From: an uncultured Bacteroidales bacterium
GTDB lineage: Bacteria > Bacteroidota > Bacteroidia > Bacteroidales > UBA932
Assembly: GCA_944323805.1 (NCBI GenBank)
Contig: CALUTW010000002.1
Span: forward strand, 79,659-143,658
Reading direction: 5' to 3'
Length of the DNA stretch: 64,000 bases
A program made the translations under genes and the position numbers. The notes under the pieces were generated by a model that worked only from the letters and a program-made list of their open reading frames with translations, did not search any database and was not told the DNA's origin. Position 1 is the first letter of the stretch. The number at the start of each line of letters is the position of its first letter. Positions 18,893 to 26,836 of this stretch are shown piece by piece.

Positions 18893-20487
18893 AAGACATC
18901 ATAGCCATAACCGGAGCGCTTATCATCCATGCCGTCATCGCATGTAATGCCTTCGCAGCATGGAAGACCGTTCAGGACATGCCCGTCCTCACTGACAGCC
19001 TGCAGACAGATACAGGCAGTCAGGACAGACAGTCCGGGCTCAGCCTTGCCGAAATCAGCGGAGCGCTGAAAACGAAACTCAATGAATACCTGCATGCCAT
19101 CGGCAATGAACCGTTTGATGTCCAGTGCCGGGAAGCGGACTTTCTCATAGAAAGCTGCACGGATCCGGTCGTGCGCCAGGCCGTAGCCCTCACGATATTC
19201 GACTATTACAGGGATTCCAGGCTCATGGGGGCGGAAACGGTCGCAGTGCATCTTTGTGACAAATGGTTCATTCCAGGGAAGATAAGCATGCGGAGCCAGG
19301 AAGAGCTTATGGCGGCGAAAGTCTTTGCAGGGTTCAACCGCAGCTCCCTGATAGGGATGGATGCACCGGAACTATGCCTGCGTGACACTGCCGGGAAAAA
19401 GACGGTCCTGTTCCCGGAACAGGAGACGTCAGATGCGCAGACATGTCTGACGGGGCGCGACGGAAGGTTCTGCATCCTCTATTTCTACGATACATCATGC
19501 GCCAGATGCAAGATTGAGACAATAATGCTGCGGAATGTGCTGGAGAACCGCAATTTCCCGGTTGACCTGTACGCCGTATACACAGGCGATGACAGGGAAG
19601 CATGGACAGGATATATCAGGGAGCAGCTCGGCATTTCCGCCCCGGATACGAAGACAGTCAACCTCTGGGACCCGGACTTCACATCCGACTTCCAGATAAG
19701 ATACGGCGTGACCGAGACCCCGAGGATGTTCCTGATAACACCAGACGGGAAAATCGCCGGCAGAGGCCTTGACAGCCAGGCACTGGAACAGATGCTCGAC
19801 ATCCTGCTGGCACCAGCCGGGATAGAATACGGTTCGGATGAATCCGAAGCCCTGTACTCAGGCATCTTCAACGGCACGGATACGGACAGCGACGACATCA
19901 GGGATGCCGCGGACCATATTGAGAAACGCACCCTTGAACAGGCCCGAGACACGATGCTCTTCAAGCAGATGACAGGAGACCTGCTGTATTACCTTTCGGG
20001 GCAGAGAGGGCAGGCATTCAAGTACGGGGCTGAATATGTCATCAGGGACAAGATACTGAGCCGGCCCGGAATATGGAATACTCCGGACGACACCCTCAAG
20101 ATAGTCAGTTTCGCGGAAATCATGGAAGATCTCCTCGGAAGGGCTTCAGTCGGGACGGAAATCAGTCCATTAAAAGTCCATGCGACCCTGAAGACAGGAA
20201 AGAAAGCCAGATACGGGGAATTCAGGCTCGACAGGCTGCACCGCGACGCACTGATAATATTCCATACGGAAGGCTGCGAGATATGCAAGGCAGAGCTTGC
20301 CGCTGCAGACTCACTGAAAGACAGCGCCGTACTGATGATTGACATGGACGAGATATTCTCCTCGTATCCTGAAGAAGCAAAGGAACTGCTCGACACATTC
20401 GACCTGACAAGCCTGCCGTTCATAATCTCGACAGACAGGAAAGGCATCATCACAGGAAAATACCTGAGCCTGGTCAGCGGCAGATAG
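18889..20487 (+). CDS. Exported protein with two thioredoxin/redoxin-like CxxC domains (DUF5106-like N-terminal region)
   Basis: YFYDTSCARC and FHTEGCEIC CxxC motifs, YGVTETPRMFLI (TlpA-like); ATGA overlap with the coaD stop; N-terminal hydrophobic signal. Confidence 0.75.
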   Translation: MKDIIAITGALIIHAVIACNAFAAWKTVQDMPVLTDSLQTDTGSQDRQSGLSLAEISGALKTKLNEYLHAIGNEPFDVQCREADFLIESCTDPVVRQAVALTIFDYYRDSRLMGAETVAVHLCDKWFIPGKISMRSQEELMAAKVFAGFNRSSLIGMDAPELCLRDTAGKKTVLFPEQETSDAQTCLTGRDGRFCILYFYDTSCARCKIETIMLRNVLENRNFPVDLYAVYTGDDREAWTGYIREQLGISAPDTKTVNLWDPDFTSDFQIRYGVTETPRMFLITPDGKIAGRGLDSQALEQMLDILLAPAGIEYGSDESEALYSGIFNGTDTDSDDIRDAADHIEKRTLEQARDTMLFKQMTGDLLYYLSGQRGQAFKYGAEYVIRDKILSRPGIWNTPDDTLKIVSFAEIMEDLLGRASVGTEISPLKVHATLKTGKKARYGEFRLDRLHRDALIIFHTEGCEICKAELAAADSLKDSAVLMIDMDEIFSSYPEEAKELLDTFDLTSLPFIISTDRKGIITGKYLSLVSGR

Positions 20488-20493
20488 CCCCTT

Positions 20494-21105
20494 CTACTTG
20501 AATCTCAGGGTAATGAATGTCCTGAATCCGGTCATGTCGAGAGCTCCGGCACCTTCGCCGACGAAGTTCCTGTAATTGCAGTCCCCGAACCTGTATTCGG
20601 CACCGATACCTATCACGCCCCACGAAACCATGCCTCCGGTAACGAACATCGTGGCATAATTCCCTCTCAAGGAGATGTCCTCTCCTCCGATATACTGCAA
20701 TGAGAAAGTAGGAGCATAACGGAAATAGGCATTGATATTGAGCTTGCCTATCGGATTGATGGCGACAGAAGGACCGACATGCAGGGAATATTCGAGCTGA
20801 TGCCACGGAGTCTTTGCATCTCCTGCCGTCAGTGTATAATTGCTGTAGTTCAGGTCAACCCATGTTGCGTCGAGACCTATCTTCATCAGTCCGAGAATAG
20901 GCCTCGAATGCAGGAAATAGGTGCGTCCTGAAGTAAATGCCGCACCGAAGTTGGCGTCAAGGCTGCCGCCTCCGTCAGGAGACATGAGCTTCATTCCCGA
21001 GAAGCTGAAATTCCTGTATTTCCTGCGGAAATCCTCGCCTTTTACATCCGTGACCGACACAATGAAGAAAAGGGCAGGAAGCATAAACAGTAAAATCTTT
21101 TTCAT
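20494..21105 (-). CDS. Small outer-membrane beta-barrel protein, function unknown
   Basis: Signal peptide, alternating aromatic strands, C-terminus FITLRFK; own TATATTTG promoter at 21151-21144. Confidence 0.7.
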   Translation of the reverse strand: MKKILLFMLPALFFIVSVTDVKGEDFRRKYRNFSFSGMKLMSPDGGGSLDANFGAAFTSGRTYFLHSRPILGLMKIGLDATWVDLNYSNYTLTAGDAKTPWHQLEYSLHVGPSVAINPIGKLNINAYFRYAPTFSLQYIGGEDISLRGNYATMFVTGGMVSWGVIGIGAEYRFGDCNYRNFVGEGAGALDMTGFRTFITLRFK

Positions 21106-21180
21106 ACGCAGAAGTTTTATGAATTAATATCCTTTCTATCCGTCAAATATACAAAAGTTTCCGGAAACCAAGACCCGGCA

Positions 21181-22917
21181 TCATCTTGCCGTGACCCTGC
21201 GGATGACCAGCGCAAGCAGAAGCAATACGAATACAAAAGTGGAGACACGGCCGGTAATGTCCCCGTGCCTGACATAGAATGTCATGCTGTCATTGAGATT
21301 TACCTTGCCACGGATGACTGCAGGCTGCCACCACGAAGTCGATGCGACTATGTCCCCGCGCTGGTTTATGATGGCGGAGATACCTGTATTCGCGCTGCGG
21401 GCTATGTCCCTGCGGGTCTCAATCGCTCTAAGGGATGCATATGACAGATGCTGGCGATAACCCGGGGTGTCTTTCCACCACGCGTCATTCGTGATAATCG
21501 TCATCAGCTTCGCCCCCGCCTTCACATATTCCGAGAAATACTCGCCGTATACGGATTCATAGCATACGGCACATCCCACTGGAACGGACTGCTGCAGTGC
21601 CGCATCCGTCCGGGACAATGAATCGGTAACAGGCTGACTGACATCGACATCCAGCAGCGATACCTCATCCTGGCCTATGCACCGGCCCATTACTCCTCCC
21701 AGCATGTCATCCACCTTGCAGAAGAATGCAGGATACGGGGTCATCTCCACTGCCGGTACCAGCCGGCTCTTGTGATATATGCCGTATCTGCCTGTTCCGT
21801 CAGTGACAAGGGCGGAATTATGGGATTCATACCATTTGTCCCCGATCCGCCTTGCCGTATATGACGGGGCCTCGGGACTGTAGACATATGTATAGGATGA
21901 AGCCCCGAATATGAGGCTGACACCGGGATAGTCTTCAAGAAACGTCGAGAAGGCACGGAATGTCCTGCCGCCCTGGACATTATTGGTAATCACGTCATTG
22001 GTAAAGGTCTCCGGGGCTATGGCAAGGAGAGGAGCGGCATATCCGGCGGCATTGCCATGCAGGCTGTCTGCCGATGCTGATGAATTGTCCGCCCTCCTGT
22101 CCGGAAGAGCCTTGCGCATCTGATCCATAAGGAGTGCATTCTGGCGGTCCTGCGACATCGCCACGAACTTGTTGTACGGGTCTATGTTCGGCTGCAGGAC
22201 CAGCACCTCCAGAGGATCCGATGTCTCGCTGTAGCGTTCATACATGACCTTTGAAAGCACAAGCGGGGTCGCAATGACGATGACAAGCCCGGCCAATGAT
22301 GCAACCTTGGCCTTTATATTCCACCGGAACGCCCACCTGCCGTCAGACAGAGCGACCATGATTCCGAAAATGAACAGGTTGGAAATCCATATCCACAGCG
22401 AGCCTCCGAGCTGCCCGGTATATTCATACCACTGTACAGACTGTACGCTGCGGGCAAAGGAATTGCCAAGCACAAGCCATGGCCAGGAAATCTGCGCATC
22501 GAAATATGCCCTCTCCCATGCAATCCACATCGCAGCCAGGAATACATATGGCAATACCCCTCCGAAATACTTCCGGCTGTAGCGGAAAAGCCCGAAAATC
22601 ACTGACATCTGGAAAGCATTGGCAACTATGGCGAAGATACCGCCCCCTATCGTGGCATTGCATACCCAGAAGGTAGTGGCTGCATTCCACAGGACAAATG
22701 CGCTGAAATGAAAGATCCATCCGCGTCTCATGCCGGACAATGTCACGATCCTTTCCATGATCAGAAGCGGTACAATGCCGAAAAGCGAGACAAAGCCGCA
22801 GTGAGGCACAAGGAAAGGAAGCGACATCAGCCCTGCAAAAAGCAGCACAAGAATCCACACCAGCAGGACCGGAGCCCCGGGCTCATGTACTGACGCCCTG
22901 TATGAGTTTCTCTTCAT
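21181..22917 (-). CDS. lnt: Apolipoprotein N-acyltransferase
   Basis: WIAWE, LQPNIDPYNKF, catalytic triad E (PETF), K (YHKSRLVP), C (VCYESVY), TNDAWW, RSANTGIS. Start moved from 22986 to 22917. Confidence 0.93.
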   Translation of the reverse strand: MKRNSYRASVHEPGAPVLLVWILVLLFAGLMSLPFLVPHCGFVSLFGIVPLLIMERIVTLSGMRRGWIFHFSAFVLWNAATTFWVCNATIGGGIFAIVANAFQMSVIFGLFRYSRKYFGGVLPYVFLAAMWIAWERAYFDAQISWPWLVLGNSFARSVQSVQWYEYTGQLGGSLWIWISNLFIFGIMVALSDGRWAFRWNIKAKVASLAGLVIVIATPLVLSKVMYERYSETSDPLEVLVLQPNIDPYNKFVAMSQDRQNALLMDQMRKALPDRRADNSSASADSLHGNAAGYAAPLLAIAPETFTNDVITNNVQGGRTFRAFSTFLEDYPGVSLIFGASSYTYVYSPEAPSYTARRIGDKWYESHNSALVTDGTGRYGIYHKSRLVPAVEMTPYPAFFCKVDDMLGGVMGRCIGQDEVSLLDVDVSQPVTDSLSRTDAALQQSVPVGCAVCYESVYGEYFSEYVKAGAKLMTIITNDAWWKDTPGYRQHLSYASLRAIETRRDIARSANTGISAIINQRGDIVASTSWWQPAVIRGKVNLNDSMTFYVRHGDITGRVSTFVFVLLLLALVIRRVTAR

Positions 22918-23024
22918 CTGGTCGGCTTTATGAAATGACCCTGCAAATATAAGTCTTATCGGAAAAATATAAGTAGCAGACATCATAATTTTTTCTTAAG
23001 TTTGCAGGATTATTGAGGGGATTT

Positions 23025-23675
23025 ATGCTGATCAATATACTGAAAGCCTTTCTCATCGGGATATGTGCATCCGCACCTGTAGGGCCGATTTCCATACTTG
23101 TCATACAGAAGTCCCTCAGCCGGGGACATAAGGCCGGTTTCATAACAGGAATGGGGGCATGTCTCGTGGACACGTTCTTTTCGGTGATAGCCATATTCTT
23201 CCTCGCCATAGCACAGAAATTCCTGGATGACAACAAGGAACTCATACTTATCTGCGGGGGGATAATAGTGACGGTCCTGGGGATATTCATGACAAGGTCC
23301 GACCCTTTCCGCAAGATGAAGTCCGACAGCCAGAGCTCCACGGACATAATGAAGAATTTCATGCAGGCGATAGCCATGGGTCTGTCGAACCCCGGGGCCA
23401 TCCTTGTCATTTTCGGACTTTTCGCATTCTTCGGGATAGGGTCGTCAGAGCCGCATGACTGGAAACTTTTCCCTATAATCGTCTCGGTCAGCTTAGGTGC
23501 TGCATCCTACTGGTTTTTCTTCACATGGCTCCTGAGCCATTTCAGGAAGAGATTCAGGATATCGTCCCTGCTGTGGATAAGTCGGCTTACAGGTATCGCC
23601 GTCATCATCATCGGGCTTGCACTGCTCGGCGAAGGCCTTTTCAGGGTGGTCTGCATGGGGATTCCCCTCTGGTAA
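23025..23675 (+). CDS. LysE family translocator
   Basis: SAPVGPISILVI, MGLSNPGAI, six TM segments; TAAGTTTG promoter at 22997-23004. Confidence 0.85.
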   Translation: MLINILKAFLIGICASAPVGPISILVIQKSLSRGHKAGFITGMGACLVDTFFSVIAIFFLAIAQKFLDDNKELILICGGIIVTVLGIFMTRSDPFRKMKSDSQSSTDIMKNFMQAIAMGLSNPGAILVIFGLFAFFGIGSSEPHDWKLFPIIVSVSLGAASYWFFFTWLLSHFRKRFRISSLLWISRLTGIAVIIIGLALLGEGLFRVVCMGIPLW

Positions 23676-23751
23676 CGGCAACGGTGATTTCAAGACCGAT
23701 TATATTGACAAAAACCAAAACTGCATCTAAATTTGCAGTCTAAAACAAGAC

Positions 23752-24894
23752 ATGATGGAAAGCAGCAAAGTATTCTTTACCGACCTGAGGACATCTCCGG
23801 GCAACGACCTTATGACAAAACTTATCCGTCTCGTAAAAAGGGCCGGGATAGAGGATATAGATTTTGAAGGGAAGTTCACGGCAATCAAGATCCATTTCGG
23901 AGAACCGGGGAACCTGGCATATATAAGGCCCAATTATGCCGCAAGGATAGCCGACCTCATAAGAAGCCTCGGAGGCAAGGTATTCCTTACCGACAGCAAC
24001 ACCCTGTACTCGGGAGGCAGGTCAAATGCAGTAGACCATCTCAGGGCCGCAATGGACAATGGCTTCAATCCGATTTCCGCACATGCGGATGTCATCATCG
24101 CGGACGGCCTGAAAGGGACTGACTACAGGGAAATCCCTCTCGACGGAGAATACTGCAAGTCCCCAAAGATAGGCGCCGCAATAGCAGATGCCGACATCAT
24201 CATATCCATGAATCATTTCAAGGGTCATGAGCAGACGGGGTTCGGAGGCGCACTCAAGAATCTCGGCATGGGCTCCGCAAGTGTCGGGGGAAAGCTTGAG
24301 CTGCATTCATCGTCCCAGCCTGTAATTGATGAGGACAGCTGCATAGGATGCCGGATATGCGAGAAATATTGCCGTCACGATGCTGTCAAGGTAATCGACA
24401 GGAAGGCAAGGATAGACTATGGGAAATGCGTCGGATGCGGACAGTGTGTCGCCGTATGCCAGCACGGAGGTGCAGTGGTAAAAGACTGGGACTCATCGGA
24501 GACCCTCAACTACAAGATAGCAGAGTATGCCCTTGCTGTCGTAAAGGACAAGCCGGCATTCCACATCAACTTCATAATGAATGTATCGCCGAACTGCGAC
24601 TGCTGGAACCACAACGATGCGGCCATCATACCGGACCTCGGCATTGCAGCTTCGTTTGACCCGGTTGCACTTGACTGTGCATGCGCAGACCTTGTGAAGG
24701 CTGCCCCTACCCTTGAGAAGAACGTGATTGCGGATCTGGACAGCAAGTCCGGGGACGGATGCGGGCACAGCCATCACGAAGGAGAAGACAAGTTCCACAT
24801 AGTACATCCCGACACCAGATGGGAGGCAGGTGTAGAACACGGGGAAAAGATAGGCCTCGGCAATATGGCATATAAACTTATAATTGTGAAATGA
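23752..24894 (+). CDS. DUF362 domain protein with 2x[4Fe-4S] ferredoxin insert
   Basis: KIHFGEPGN, HFKGHE..FGGALKNLGMG, CIGCRICEKYC, CVGCGQCVAVC, CDC, DPVALD. Confidence 0.9.
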   Translation: MMESSKVFFTDLRTSPGNDLMTKLIRLVKRAGIEDIDFEGKFTAIKIHFGEPGNLAYIRPNYAARIADLIRSLGGKVFLTDSNTLYSGGRSNAVDHLRAAMDNGFNPISAHADVIIADGLKGTDYREIPLDGEYCKSPKIGAAIADADIIISMNHFKGHEQTGFGGALKNLGMGSASVGGKLELHSSSQPVIDEDSCIGCRICEKYCRHDAVKVIDRKARIDYGKCVGCGQCVAVCQHGGAVVKDWDSSETLNYKIAEYALAVVKDKPAFHINFIMNVSPNCDCWNHNDAAIIPDLGIAASFDPVALDCACADLVKAAPTLEKNVIADLDSKSGDGCGHSHHEGEDKFHIVHPDTRWEAGVEHGEKIGLGNMAYKLIIVK

Positions 24895-25727
24895 GCAGGA
24901 AATTCTCCGGCGGCTGGATAATATTCAATATCCTTGGTGCCGCCGCACTTTTCATCGTACTGATTGTCGGGGCGAACATGCTTCTGAAAGTCATTACAAA
25001 ACACAACCAGGAGATAAGGGTCCCTGACCTTACAGGCATGTCCGTCGATGAAGCGGGACAGTACCTTTCAGCCAGAGGCATGAGGATGGAGATTACAGAC
25101 TCCGTATATATCAAGCGCATGGAAAGGGGCGTGGTCTACAGGCAGAACCCTGAGCCCGGGGACCATGTCAAGAAGGGAAGACGGATTCTGCTTACGATAA
25201 ATGCCGTGAATCCCAAGCAGGTAACCATGCCTAACCTTATCGGGTATTCCCTCCGGCAGGCAAAGGCGGAAATCCTCTCACGCGGGCTGAGCCTCGGCAC
25301 ACTTATCTATGTTGAAGACATAGCCACCAACAATGTCCTCAAGCAGCTCCACGGCAACCGCGAAATCAAGCCTGGCACCCCGATTGAAAGCGAATCGAGA
25401 ATAGACCTCGTTGTCGGGCTCAACAGTCTTGACAACAAGACATATGTCCCGTATGTCACAGGCATGAAATATCTTGCGGCTGTCAATGCAGTACAGGACA
25501 ATTCACTGAACATCGAGGACCTCATATTCGACTATACGGTCAGGGACTATGCCGACTCGATTGATGCGGTCGTGTACAGGCAGGTTCCGGAAGAGTCAGA
25601 GGAAGGGCTCCTCATGGGCTCCCCTGTCACACTGTATCTCACGACAGACACCACCAAGGTACCGGAAAGACCGGAACCTTCAGATTCCACTCTCGTTGAT
25701 ATGATTCCTCTTGAAAATGCGGACTGA
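24891..25727 (+). CDS. PASTA domain-containing protein (three PASTA repeats)
   Basis: N-terminal TM, then VPDLTGM, MPNLIGY and VPYVTGM repeats with Q.P motifs. Confidence 0.9.
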   Translation: MSRKFSGGWIIFNILGAAALFIVLIVGANMLLKVITKHNQEIRVPDLTGMSVDEAGQYLSARGMRMEITDSVYIKRMERGVVYRQNPEPGDHVKKGRRILLTINAVNPKQVTMPNLIGYSLRQAKAEILSRGLSLGTLIYVEDIATNNVLKQLHGNREIKPGTPIESESRIDLVVGLNSLDNKTYVPYVTGMKYLAAVNAVQDNSLNIEDLIFDYTVRDYADSIDAVVYRQVPEESEEGLLMGSPVTLYLTTDTTKVPERPEPSDSTLVDMIPLENAD

Positions 25728-26784
25728 AGACTGGCCATACGAAGATGAAATCCCGGCTGAAGACGAGGAGCAGGAAATGTTCGAGCATTTCCGTTTCGAG
25801 CTCGACAAGGGACAGGCTCCGATGAGGGTAGACAAATATCTTGCGACCCACATGGAGAATACATCCCGGCACAGGATACAGCTGGCGATAAAGGAAGAAT
25901 ACATAAGGGTCAACGGGAAGGTGGCCAAGGCCAACTGTATAGTAAGGCCGGGAGACGTGATTACATTCGTGATGCCGTACCAGAGACGCGGACTTGAGAT
26001 TCTTCCTGAGGATATCCCGCTTGACATAGTGTATGAGGATGATGACCTGCTGGTGCTGAACAAGCCGGCGGGGCTTGTCGTACACCCCGGGCACGGCCAT
26101 TTCTCCGGTACGCTCGTCAATGCCCTGGCATTTCATCTCGGCATATCCCAGGGACCTGACGCCGAGGACGAAAGGATGGGCGTACTTGTACACAGGATAG
26201 ACAAGGACACGTCAGGGCTTCTTGTCGTGGCAAAGACCGAGGAGGCACAGCTGGATCTTGCGAAACAGTTCTTCGTGCATTCAATAGACAGGAGGTATGT
26301 CGCAATAGTATGGGGCAACCTCAAGGAAGATGAAGGCACAATCGAAGGCAATATCGGCAGGGACCCGTCAGACAGGATGAGATTCAAGGTATTTCCTGAC
26401 GGGGAACACGGCAAGCATGCAGTGACCCACTACAAGGTCCTTGAAAGATTCGGATACGTGACAGTAGTCGAATGCAGGCTCGAAACCGGGAGGACACATC
26501 AGATAAGGGTGCATTTCAATTATATCGGGCATCCTCTTTTCAACGATGAAAGATACGACGGTGCGGAAATAAGGAAAGGCACCATATATGCCAAATACCG
26601 CCAGTTCATCGAGAACTGCTTCAAGCTGCTGCCCCGCCAGGCCCTGCACGCAAAGACACTCGGATTCATCCATCCGAGGACAAAGGAATACATGTCATTC
26701 GACTCCCCTGTTCCTGCAGACATGCAGGCTCTCATCGACAAGTGGAGGAAATATGCACAGAATCTCACTCCGGAACTGGAATGA
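25717..26784 (+). CDS. rluD: RluA-family 23S rRNA pseudouridine synthase (RluD-like)
   Basis: S4 domain (RVDKYL), NKPAGLVVHP, HRIDKDTSG, LETGRTHQIR, QALHA. The track start is TTG 25711. Confidence 0.9.
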   Translation: MRTEDWPYEDEIPAEDEEQEMFEHFRFELDKGQAPMRVDKYLATHMENTSRHRIQLAIKEEYIRVNGKVAKANCIVRPGDVITFVMPYQRRGLEILPEDIPLDIVYEDDDLLVLNKPAGLVVHPGHGHFSGTLVNALAFHLGISQGPDAEDERMGVLVHRIDKDTSGLLVVAKTEEAQLDLAKQFFVHSIDRRYVAIVWGNLKEDEGTIEGNIGRDPSDRMRFKVFPDGEHGKHAVTHYKVLERFGYVTVVECRLETGRTHQIRVHFNYIGHPLFNDERYDGAEIRKGTIYAKYRQFIENCFKLLPRQALHAKTLGFIHPRTKEYMSFDSPVPADMQALIDKWRKYAQNLTPELE

Positions 26785-26836
26785 GATTCTGCACTTTACC
26801 CTGAATATATAATGCCGGCCGGCCTGAAAGAGCGGA

